From assembly GCA_051439425.1 (NCBI GenBank), contig JBFRWD010000032.1, positions 1 to 51,374 on the forward strand: a DNA stretch of 51,374 bases. Direction: 5' to 3'. Shown one piece after another: positions 27,489 through 37,261 of the stretch; the stretch's first letter is position 1, and each line of letters begins with the position of its first letter. The position numbers were made by a program, and so were the translations under genes. The DNA comes from Synechococcus sp. GTDB lineage: Bacteria; Cyanobacteriota; Cyanobacteriia; Thermostichales; PCC-7336. Under the pieces are notes generated by a model, which saw only the letters and a list, made by a program, of their open reading frames with translations, did not search any database and had not been told where the DNA came from.

Positions 27489-29276
27489 TCACCGAGCATC
27501 CTGCATGAGTGGAAGCGTTTCCCGAGCTTCTTGTTCTGTGATGGGGCGATCGCGCGAGGGCAAGTTGTAAAAGTCTGGCACTGAGTTCTCGGTCATGTAC
27601 GTGCGATGCCAGAGAACTTGTTCGCTGCATCGATCGGCGGCCCAACCGCAATGTTCGATTAAGACATCGGCGATCGCTTGGACGGCCTTTATCCCGTAGC
27701 GATCTAACGTCGCTAGCGACGTGCGGCGGTGGGCAATGTCTGTCAGGGTGCGAGCGTACTCGTTCCTGACGGCATAAACGGCTTGTGCTTTAATGTCGGG
27801 CTGCCCCTCAACTAATGGTTCTAAGAGTGCCGGAGCTGTGTCTCCCAATGCTAAGACAGCGGGGGCTTGGCTGCCGTATAGCTGGAAGAGATGGCTAATG
27901 GTCATTGGTGGCACCCGATCGCCGTATTCTTTCAGAGTGCTGGAGACGATAGGGTCGTTGGCAGTAATGGCGCCGGGCAGTGGTGTGTGGGCGGTCTTGC
28001 ACGCTGGAGACGACTGACCCAATTTGGCGTAGACGGCATCGACAATTTCTTGGCTGCTGTTACGGTGGGTCGTTAGCTTGCCCCCCACCAGAGAGAGTAA
28101 GTTGCCGACGCCAGTTTGATTCTCTGTACCTGTGGCTGGGGCGTGGTCGTGCAGGATGTGCTTGCGAGTAATGGCACCTGCCGATTTACCTTCGCGATAC
28201 GGGAGTGGCCGCACGCCCGCATAGGTAAACCGAATATCCGCCCGTTTGAGCTGAGCGGTGGGGATGATGGCATTGGTGGCTTCGATCAGGTAATCGATTT
28301 CGTCCGTATCGGCCTTGACGCGATCGAGATCGCCGCTGTAGCGAAAGTCGGTGGTACCGATGAGAAAGCCCCCCAGCCACGGAACGATAAAGTAGGGGCG
28401 ACCGTCTCGGGCTGCCTCCGTATAGAGAGCGGTGGCCGGTGCTCCAGGAAAGGGATCGACAAAAATATGACTGCCTTTGGTGCCGCCAATCAGACGGCGA
28501 TCGCTGAGAGACTGAGACTGCCCGTTGTGGCGACCGGTTTGGCAGAGGCGATCGAGCCACGGCCCGGTGGTATTCACCACTTGAGTGCTTGGGCCAACAG
28601 GGATTGTTGCCACCTCTTGAGTCAGCACATCGCGGCAGACTATCTCCGAGATGGAGCCGTTCTCCAGCCTTACCTCCGTCACTTCTGTGTAGTTGCAAGT
28701 GGTTGCTCCGGCCGCGTCTGCTGCCTGGACGACTTCCAAGCAGAGTCGCTCGGCATATTCAACCTGGGCGTCGTAATATTGCACCGCCCCTTGCAGTCCT
28801 TCGGTTGCGAGGGAGGGAAATAGACGCTGACATTCCGATTTCCCGAGAACGCGGTGGTTGGGGAGAGATTTGTCGTAGCTGAGCAGGTCATACAGCACCA
28901 TCCCCATGCGCAGCATCGGGGCGCTGTGGGCGCTGTTGCGGTAGAGGGGCAGGGTGAATTCAATGGGTTTGACCAGATGAGGGGCGTTGCGCAACAAGAT
29001 CTCGCGCTCGCGCAGCGATTCCCGCACCAACGGAAACTCTAAGTATTCCAAGTATCTCAGCCCGCCGTGGATCAGGCGTGTAGACCAGCCGGTGGTGCCG
29101 CTACCAAAATCCCCTTTATCCAGGAGTAATGTAGCTAATCCCCGCTGGGCCGCATCGCGAGCGACTCCAGCACCATTGATGCCGCCCCCAATCACAATCA
29201 AGTCGTAACGAGCAGACAGGTTGCTGAGAGGGGATGGAGCGGCTTGCAAATTAGGCATAGGTTTTGTTGAATTCAA
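27489..29276 (-). CDS. glpD: FAD-dependent glycerol-3-phosphate dehydrogenase
   Basis: IGGGINGAGVARDAA, STRLIHGGLRYLE, TKGSH, IGTTD, AGVRPL and GGKLTT motifs; start may be ATG 29258. Confidence 0.93.
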   Translation of the reverse strand: MNSTKPMPNLQAAPSPLSNLSARYDLIVIGGGINGAGVARDAAQRGLATLLLDKGDFGSGTTGWSTRLIHGGLRYLEYLEFPLVRESLREREILLRNAPHLVKPIEFTLPLYRNSAHSAPMLRMGMVLYDLLSYDKSLPNHRVLGKSECQRLFPSLATEGLQGAVQYYDAQVEYAERLCLEVVQAADAAGATTCNYTEVTEVRLENGSISEIVCRDVLTQEVATIPVGPSTQVVNTTGPWLDRLCQTGRHNGQSQSLSDRRLIGGTKGSHIFVDPFPGAPATALYTEAARDGRPYFIVPWLGGFLIGTTDFRYSGDLDRVKADTDEIDYLIEATNAIIPTAQLKRADIRFTYAGVRPLPYREGKSAGAITRKHILHDHAPATGTENQTGVGNLLSLVGGKLTTHRNSSQEIVDAVYAKLGQSSPACKTAHTPLPGAITANDPIVSSTLKEYGDRVPPMTISHLFQLYGSQAPAVLALGDTAPALLEPLVEGQPDIKAQAVYAVRNEYARTLTDIAHRRTSLATLDRYGIKAVQAIADVLIEHCGWAADRCSEQVLWHRTYMTENSVPDFYNLPSRDRPITEQEARETLPLMQDAR

Positions 29277-29446
29277 CTAATCCGAGCCAGAGACTGCCTC
29301 ATGTCCTACTGTGGCCCAGATTTTATGGGGCGATCGCAATGTTCTCTTTCTATTTAGGTTCCCTGTCTCTTGACGTTCCCCCAGGCTGGCTGTAGATTCA
29401 CGCGCTCGTGGAGGTGGAGTGGAGCCTTCGTAGATAGGGCGATCGC

Positions 29447-30985
29447 TTAGGCTACTTTGGCCAAGGGCCGATCGGGGACATCCGGATCGTCAGGCGATGC
29501 ATCCGGGCGAGTAATCGCCATCGCTTCGCGGAAGAGGTGGTAGGCCCACTGGTTCACATCGTAACGGCTGACTGCCTTGTACAACGCTCTCATTCGGCGC
29601 TGCTGCTCCTCAAGAGGCATCTCTAGTGCGGTATCTAAACTGTTGTCGAGCGAATTAAAGGAATGAGGGTTGGTGAGGATGGCATCTGGTAATTCCACTG
29701 CCGAGCCGGTAAATTCTGACAGAATTAGTGCCCCACCAGTGCCCTGCTTGGCGGCGATATATTCCTTGGCCACCAAATTCAGGCCGTCGCGCAGCGGTGG
29801 AATAAAGGCCACATCTGCAGCCCGGTAATAGGCCACCATTTCTTCAAACGGGAAGGGCTTGGTGAATAGACGAATGGGCACCCAGTTGAGGGTGGCAAAG
29901 CGCCCGTTGATCTTCCCGGCTAGCTGTTCGATTTCCTGGCGATAGTCGCGGTAGACCCGCATCCCTTCGGCTGCAGCTACCGATACATTCAGCAGAATTA
30001 CCTTGCCATGCAGGTCGGGACGACGCTCTAGCAAGCGCTCGTAGGTCAACAACAGCTCGCGAGTACCTTTGACGTAGTCCACACGTCCGGCGGACAGGAT
30101 TAACTTGCTGTCGCCGATTTCGTCCCGAATACGCTCGACCCGTTGCACGGTTTCGGGTTTCTTGAGGATACTGGCGATCAGCTCTGGGTTGGTGCCCACC
30201 GGAAACGCATCCAGGCGAATGGTGCGATCGCCGTACTGCACCTTAGTGGTCATCTCCCGCTCGGAGAGAGCCGACCCCAGTTTGGTAAATGCATCATCCA
30301 CTTCGCTCCGTTCCAGTACTTCCAGATGGCAGTAGCTACCCGCCGCCGAAATGAAATTCTCGACATAGCGAGGGATATGGAACCCCAGCAGATCGCAGCA
30401 CAGCAAGCTATCGACGATGGATTGACGCCACGGCAAAATACCGAAGATGTCGGCAGATGGGAATGGGGTGTGGTGGAAGAAGGCGATCCGAGCATTGGGC
30501 ATCTTCTGGCGGATGAAATAAGGGGCCAGCCACAGGTTGTAGTCGTGGACCCAAATCAACGCATCATCGGCGGCTTCTTGGCAGGCAGCATCCGCAAATA
30601 ACTGGTTAATATGCTTGAAGTTCTCCCAATTGGCCGAATCGTAGGTGAACTGACTGGGAAACGAGTGCAAGATGGGCCAAAAGGCTTCTTTGGACGTGAT
30701 GTGGTAGAAGTCTTTCACCTGATCGGAGCTGAGGGGGATGCGACGGACAACGCAGTTGTCTCCCTCCCCGACCGACATCGTTTCCTGAAACGTTTCGCGC
30801 TGGCGCTCGGTCACCTGTTTCCAAGCGATCCATGTCCCTTGGTCGGCATTCAAAAAAAAGCTTTTCAGCGTCGGGACAATCCCATTCGGTTTTTTCTTCT
30901 CTTGGTAGACGACCTTTCCATCCTTGCGAACTTCATCGTAAGGTTCACGGTGATAAAGAATCACCAGCGATGATTGATTGCTCAT
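29447..30985 (-). CDS. ggpS: Glucosylglycerol-phosphate synthase (GT20)
   Basis: N-terminal LVILYHREPYDE...PNGIVPTL, WVHDYNL, FFHHTPFP, RVDYVKG and RDGLNLVAKEY motifs. Confidence 0.95.
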   Translation of the reverse strand: MSNQSSLVILYHREPYDEVRKDGKVVYQEKKKPNGIVPTLKSFFLNADQGTWIAWKQVTERQRETFQETMSVGEGDNCVVRRIPLSSDQVKDFYHITSKEAFWPILHSFPSQFTYDSANWENFKHINQLFADAACQEAADDALIWVHDYNLWLAPYFIRQKMPNARIAFFHHTPFPSADIFGILPWRQSIVDSLLCCDLLGFHIPRYVENFISAAGSYCHLEVLERSEVDDAFTKLGSALSEREMTTKVQYGDRTIRLDAFPVGTNPELIASILKKPETVQRVERIRDEIGDSKLILSAGRVDYVKGTRELLLTYERLLERRPDLHGKVILLNVSVAAAEGMRVYRDYRQEIEQLAGKINGRFATLNWVPIRLFTKPFPFEEMVAYYRAADVAFIPPLRDGLNLVAKEYIAAKQGTGGALILSEFTGSAVELPDAILTNPHSFNSLDNSLDTALEMPLEEQQRRMRALYKAVSRYDVNQWAYHLFREAMAITRPDASPDDPDVPDRPLAKVA

Positions 30986-31962
30986 TCTACGTTTCCCTCA
31001 ACGGTATCTGGTACGGCTGCGCTGCAAATGGTTCGCCCTTGCGGTTAAAGAAGCTAGAGCGAACCAACCTCAATGAAGGAACACCACCGCCACTTAGGGG
31101 ACGTCATCACCGGGACCGCCTTAAACGCATTCAAAACCACGCTTCCTTGGAAAAACGAAACCATTCCGACTGACTGATGGCAGGACATTCAGCTTGAATG
31201 CGAATTCTCGACCTAGTGCGCGATCATGCAAAGCGTTTAACCTTGCTGGGTACGCATTCTTGAAGAGCCCGTGAACTTGCCGAGTACGCAACTTTACCGA
31301 GTGCTTAACCTTGCAAAATTGGCGATCGCAGCGTCGAAAACGCAACTCATGTATTGCGCTCTGGGTCGTTACTGCGCGCTGTAGTCAGAGGAGCACTGCC
31401 AGAAGCTGTCGAGAATAGCAGCACGTAGCTCAGATGCCTGCGACTAGCACTGACTGTGTAACGAAAACACGAAAAACAGCAGGCAATATAGTAAGAGAAT
31501 TGGTACCTTGAAAGTAGCTCGATCCGGAAGCGCCTGATTAAAACCTAGGGCAGAAGCCAGAGAGTATGTTTCAATGTATTTTCTTTACTAAATACATCCT
31601 CATTTTAACACAATATAGGTCACCTATATCTGGCTCTTGCATGTAGCCTGCGACACTCAGCATCCGTGCAGCGTACCTAGCATTCATGGCCTGATAGCTG
31701 CAAGACTGGAGTGCCAAGGCGATAGTGCCTTTGTGGATGATCGGAGGACTGAAAAGGCACGCTAAACGTAAAGTGTTTTAAATCGATGTGTCTTGACTTA
31801 ACGGCGCGGATAAAAAGTAAATTAGCAACTATTTTTGTAAAAAATATAACGCCTTAAACATAATTCGAAATATTCGATCTGTTTGTTTTGTGGCGGCAAT
31901 AGTTGAAGATATTGTTAAGTAATGCTGTTGGGTGATTGTCGATATTTATACGATGATGGGAT

Positions 31963-34710
31963 TTGAACGTCTTGGACCTTGTACGCACTATTGATGTAGA
32001 TCTAGACTTCCAAGGGAAGCCGTCGAGTTCAACTGAACCCGAAACTCCTACTCGTCTGGATGTCCCTGCTAGATCCAAGTCGTTTGATATCACTCTCGAT
32101 CTTGAGGCGACCCAAGCCCTTGCAAGTTGGGCTGGCAACGTGCTGGCCTCGGCAGAAACGGATTTTTGCAAATCGCAGTTGCTGGCAGCTCGGTTAGGAG
32201 CCCATTGTTGCGAAGACGGTAGTGTTTCGATCGGTTTCTGGGCGCCGGAATTGGCCCCAGGTACGATTCTGCTCAAGGATGCATACTTAGAAGTCTTCAC
32301 GCCGTTAGAAGTCGTCGATTTTTCGCAGGCTCAACAGACGATTCGCTTTCAGCGAGATTGCATTCCATTGCAGCAGCAGGGGGAATACGTTTGGGGGGTG
32401 ATTCGCGGTCTAGTGCTGGGCGATCGCCAACAACTAGGGTCTCTCTATTGGCTGCGCTGTTTGAGCGAAAGTTTGAACCCCAACGAAGTGGGACTGTCGG
32501 TGCGTACGGTGCTGTACGACGTACTGGCGACATCGCTACCGTTTGGAGTATTTGCCCCTGCAGAAGTTTATGATTTCAATCGCTTGCAGCGAGAGCGAGC
32601 GGACTTGGACTATTTCAGAGCATCAGTGTCTGGAGCATTAGTTGCAGAACAGTCAACGCATGCCACCTCTGTTGATGCATCTTCTGATGGCGATGGCCAG
32701 TCCTCTAGCGAAAACGCTGCAGGGTTGGTAGAGGTCATCGAAGACTCTCACTCTGTTGCAGTGCCTCAGGTCGCCCCTCCAACGAACATCCTGCAAGTGC
32801 ACGTCGGTACGGCATCGCCACAAAAAACGATCGCCGGACTCACCGAGCTGTATCGCCGGATTGCTAGCAAGTTAGAGACTGAAACCCCACTCACTCCTGC
32901 CGAACAAAACTTTATTGGCTACGACGCCGTTCAACTGCTGCCTGTGGAGCCGATTGTGGAGCCCCGCGGCCTCGGACATCAATTCTGGGAGCCTCTGAAT
33001 GACGATCCGAGTTTGAGCGCAGTCAATGTGGTGCTGCACAAGCCCGATACCCAGAACTGGGGATATGACATTGTGTTGTCCGGGATGGCCGCCACCAACC
33101 CGTCTCAGTTGGCGTCGCAGCGACCTGACGAACTCGTTGATTTTATCGCCACCTTGCACACGTTTCCTACGGGCCCCATCCAGCTGATATACGACATTGT
33201 TTACGGCCATGCCGACAACCAGGCCCTCGACTTGATTAATGGCCGTTATTTAAAGGGGCCCAATATGTACGGGCAAGATGTGAACCATCAAAACCCAACG
33301 TTGCGGGCAATCTTGCTGGAAATGCAACTCCGGAAGATTAATACATGAGTTGATGGCATCCTGATTGACGGAGCGAAAGATATCAAGTTTTTCAATCCGC
33401 TCTCGGGCCGAGTCGAACACGACGATGGGTACCTGCAGGCGATGGCTGATGTCGAGCAGGATATTGGCGGCTATCGACGCAAGTTGTTTTGCATCTTTGA
33501 GGACGGGCGGCCTTGGCCGGAGGAAGGCTGGGAGCATGCGTCTACCTATATGGATTTGGTGCGTCTCATTCCCGATTGCTATCAATGGGGGCCGCTGATT
33601 TTTGCCCACAATACGCCAGCATTGGATGGGTTTTGGAACTACAAGTGGAACCGGCTTGAGGAGGTTATGCAGCACGGTTCCCACTGGATTACTGGTTGTG
33701 GCAACCACGACACAGTTCGGCGCGGTACGCAGATTGACCCTGAAGCGGGAATTAACTGGAACTTGGGAGACTCCTTATTCGAGGTGTTTAACCAGGCGTA
33801 TGACAACCCGGCCATGACGTTGCTTACGTATGCCTTCATGCCTGGTTTGCCGATGGACTTTATTAACGCTACGGCGCGGGCTCCATGGGGCTTTTTGCGT
33901 AACACGGATGATTATTACGGCGTCAAGGTGGTGTCAGAGGAAGGTGGATTTTTAGAGTGGCAGGTACCTCCCGAGATGTATGCCACCGAGGGGAATTTTG
34001 AGCGGTTAAAGGCGTTTGCGTTCAGTGACTATGACGAGTTGAAGGCATTTATTCGGGCACTACACGAAGCGATTAGCGTAATGGAGTTTAACCTACAGGA
34101 GGTGGCGCGTATTTGCCAGGACTGCTTACCGGGGAACGTGGACTTTTCCACGTGGGAAGACAGTTCGATTCAAAACTATGCCCCCAGTTGTGCCACGTAT
34201 GCTCGTACGTTGGGACGGTTGATTGGTGCTGGTACGTCGGAAGGGTTATCGGGTCTGACGATGGAGCGGTTGCAGGGGTTTGCCAGGGCATTTATGGAAG
34301 ACTGCCACGATATCTGCAATGTCTCGCTGCACGAAGACAAGCTGGACTCGACCCAGACTGACTATAATTTCGCCGTCCGTCAGTTTCGCCGCGATCGCCC
34401 GTGGTTGCGTCATAACCTGCAGGCGAAGGGAGATATCTACGGCTGCTACGGAGACGATGCTGCCACCGTCTTTTACGGTGTGCGTTCCCAGCCATCAGTC
34501 TCGGTTGAGGGCGATCGTGCCCCCGAGCGTGTGGCCATTGTGGCGCATTTGGGGGGAGATCCGATTCAGGTTGACCTCGCCAATTTGCTGCACGTGGAGA
34601 TGGAGGATTGGAGTGTCGCGATCGCGAGTCCGGGGCTGGAGATTGGTAATGGTATGGAGGGGTTTGAGTTGGAGGATTCTGAAGCGGTGGTGTTGGTGGC
34701 GCAGGGGTGA
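31963..34710 (+). pseudogene. gghA: Glucosylglycerol hydrolase (Slr1670/GghA type) interrupted by an in-frame TGA at 33346-33348 (real mutation or sequencing error)
   Basis: ORFs 31963-33348 and 33442-34710 share a frame with no other stop between them. Motifs LGAH, SLPFGVFAPAEVYD, QNWGYD, YGHADN, FEDGRPWP and GCGNHDT. Divergent from ggpS and upstream of glpK. Confidence 0.85.
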
Positions 34711-34715
34711 GGGGG

Positions 34716-34812
34716 CTGGTCATGGGTCATTGGTCATGGGTCATTGGTCATCGATCATTGGATTATGTCGCAGCTCATAACAAAGGACAAAGGACTAAGG
34801 ACAAAGAACGAA
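34716..34812. repeat. Two opposed STRR2-like heptamer arrays
   Basis: (T/C)(T/G)GGTCA x5-6 at 34716-34757, then GGACAAA/GGACTAA-type units at 34778-34812. Confidence 0.75.
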
Positions 34813-35009
34813 ATATCGATATCCTCCCTCGACCGCAATCTTTAAAACAGTGGAATATTTGAGAAGTTTGTGAGTTTGACCCGTATGTGTGGCTGTAGCA
34901 GGTTGCGTGCTGCCTGGATGGTCTGGATTGAAACTACCTCTGATTGACGGGGGCAAGGCCGATTTAGGGTGGTTAATGTCCTGCCTGTCGGTACTGCAGA
35001 GGTGTTTGC

Positions 35010-36527
35010 GTGAGTTGTATTCTGGCCCTCGATCTGGGAACTACTGGGAATCGCGCCATTTTATTTGACGCTGACGGACAAGCGATCGCGCAGGCGTATA
35101 AAGAACTCACGCAGTACTATCCTCAGCCGGGGTGGCTGGAGCACGACGCCAGCGAAATTTGGCAGGATACTCAGATCGTCATCCGCGAGGTATTTTCCTC
35201 CTCCGGGATTGACCCTGCGTCCGTAAAGGCGGTGGGGCTGACGGTGCAGCGGGAAACCTGTTTGCTGTGGGATAAGACGACGGGGCAGCCTCTGCATAAA
35301 GCGATTGTTTGGCAGGATCGGCGGACAGCAGAAGCTTGCGATCGCTTGCGGGAAGAGGGTCATGCTCAAGACATTGCAGAGCGGACAGGCTTGGTGTTGG
35401 ATGCCTATTTTTCGGCTTCAAAGCTCAGTTGGCTGCTGGAGGAAGTCAAGCGCACTCAACCCAATCTAGAGTTGGGCAATGTCTTGGCAGGTACGGTAGA
35501 TACCTGGGTGTTGTGGAACCTGACGGGAGGAAAAGTCCACGCGACCGACCACAGCAATGCCAGCCGTACCATGCTGTTTAACTTGGAGACAGGGGATTGG
35601 GATGATTCCTTGCTCTCTCTGTTTGGCATTCCCCGCAATTTTCTACCCAGTATTGAACCCAGTTTGGGGCTGTTCGGGAGGTTTAGCTCGGATATTTGCG
35701 GAGTGGAACTACCTGTTATGGCGGTGTTGGGAGACCAACAGGCGGCGCTGTACGCCCACGGCTGCGATCGCCCCGGATTGATGAAATGCACCTACGGTAC
35801 CGGTTGCTTTTTGGTGTCTCACACGGGGGATGCGATCGCGCGATCGAACAATCAATTGTTGACGACGGTTGCTTGGACTGACAAAACGGCTGGGGATAGA
35901 CAATCTGGATCGCCTTTTCACTCTGGATATGCCCTGGAAGGCAGCATGTTTACCGGCGGTGCTTGCATTCAGTGGCTGCGCGATGGTCTTGGGTTAATCC
36001 AGTCTTCGGCAGAGACCGAAGGAATTTGCCAGTCTGTTCCGGACAGTAACGGAGTGTTTTTCGTTCCGGCCCTCAGTGGTTTGGGGGCTCCCCATTGGGA
36101 TATGACGGCTCGCGGTGCTTATGTTGGCATCACGGGGGGAGCGAAGCGCGAACACATGGTGCGGGCGGTGTTGGAGGCGATCGCCTATCAAGTGTGCGAG
36201 ATTGTGGAGTGCGTCAACAAGGATTTGGGGACTCCGATTCGCCGCTTAAAAGTTGATGGTGGAGCCAGCCAGAACGATTTCTTAATGCAGTTTCAGGCGG
36301 ATGCGGCTGGGATTGAGGTGGAACGTCCGGCGATCGCGGATGCTACCGCTCAGGGGGCGGCGTTTGCAGCAGGCTTGGCGACAGGGTTTTATCCCAGCTA
36401 TGCGGAGATGGTGGCCAAGCGTCAGGTGGATCGGGTGTTTGTTCCCGGGGAAGGGGCCGCACAAGCGCAGAGGAACTTTGGTTTGTGGAAGGAGGCGGTG
36501 AAGCGGGCCAAACACTGGGCGGTGTAA
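35010..36527 (+). CDS. glpK: Glycerol kinase
   Basis: DLGTTG, QRET, WQDRRT, TDHSNASRT, GDQQAA, KCTYGTG and LGAPHW motifs. Confidence 0.95.
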   Translation: MSCILALDLGTTGNRAILFDADGQAIAQAYKELTQYYPQPGWLEHDASEIWQDTQIVIREVFSSSGIDPASVKAVGLTVQRETCLLWDKTTGQPLHKAIVWQDRRTAEACDRLREEGHAQDIAERTGLVLDAYFSASKLSWLLEEVKRTQPNLELGNVLAGTVDTWVLWNLTGGKVHATDHSNASRTMLFNLETGDWDDSLLSLFGIPRNFLPSIEPSLGLFGRFSSDICGVELPVMAVLGDQQAALYAHGCDRPGLMKCTYGTGCFLVSHTGDAIARSNNQLLTTVAWTDKTAGDRQSGSPFHSGYALEGSMFTGGACIQWLRDGLGLIQSSAETEGICQSVPDSNGVFFVPALSGLGAPHWDMTARGAYVGITGGAKREHMVRAVLEAIAYQVCEIVECVNKDLGTPIRRLKVDGGASQNDFLMQFQADAAGIEVERPAIADATAQGAAFAAGLATGFYPSYAEMVAKRQVDRVFVPGEGAAQAQRNFGLWKEAVKRAKHWAV

Positions 36528-36562
36528 TTCCAGGTGAGTTTGTGTCGCCCTCTCCGACTGTT

Positions 36563-36976
36563 CTACTCGCGAACGTTGCCCCGTAAGGATTTGAGTTGGC
36601 TGCGTTTAGCTTTGCGATCGAGTCGTTTGCGATCGGCACTGCGTGATTTCCTGGTCGGTTTGCGTTTTTTCGGGGTAACGGTGACCGATTGAATTAGACT
36701 CTGCAGGCGTTTGAGAGCATCTTGCTTGTTTTGCTCTTGGGTGCGATGCTGCTGGGCTTTGATGACGATGATGCCGTCTTTCGTGATGCGGCCATCTTTG
36801 AGGTTAAGCAGTCGTTCTTTGAACAGTGGAGAGAGTGACGAAGCTGCGATATCGAAGCGCAGGTGGATGGCTGTTGCGACTTTATTGACGTTCTGGCCAC
36901 CAGATCCTTGAGCACGGACAGCAGTTAATTCGATTTCGGATAAAGGGATGGAGGTGCGGTTGGTAATCTTCAGCAT
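36563..36976 (-). CDS. arfB: Alternative ribosome rescue peptidyl-tRNA hydrolase ArfB
   Basis: GSGGQNVNKV and a basic C-terminal tail; real start MLKITNR at 36976. Confidence 0.92.
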   Translation of the reverse strand: MLKITNRTSIPLSEIELTAVRAQGSGGQNVNKVATAIHLRFDIAASSLSPLFKERLLNLKDGRITKDGIIVIKAQQHRTQEQNKQDALKRLQSLIQSVTVTPKKRKPTRKSRSADRKRLDRKAKRSQLKSLRGNVRE

Positions 36977-37261
36977 AGAGGAACAGCTAGCAGACTCTTG
37001 CGATCTGGTGAGAGCTCCATTGCAACTTAGCGTGCGGACAGCTGAAAATACCAGCACACCAGGTAAGATTGCTTCTTCGGCCGTAACCAACTTGCCCCTG
37101 ACCTGAAAATGACTATTCCCGAGCAAATTTTATTGAGGGGCGTAGCCTGACCGCTCGATCCTGTTGTTAAGGTTGGTAATCGATCGCTGACTGCTCCACC
37201 AGTCTCCATATCGCAATAGCGTTAGCGATCGCCATATCCCCACTCGAATCCAGAGAGACTT

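Noticed and set aside
28116..28823. 235-aa antisense ORF within glpD and the many other shadow ORFs
   Set aside because: They fully overlap well-supported genes on another frame or strand and show no protein-family features.
31574..31597. NtcA site in the ggpS/gghA intergenic region
   Set aside because: GTA-TAC spacing is 7 or 14 nt, not the required 8.
33346..33348. TGA in gghA as selenocysteine or programmed readthrough
   Set aside because: The position most plausibly corresponds to Gly (GGA) in a glycosidase, no SECIS-like hairpin was evident, and neighbouring substitutions suggest error or mutation.
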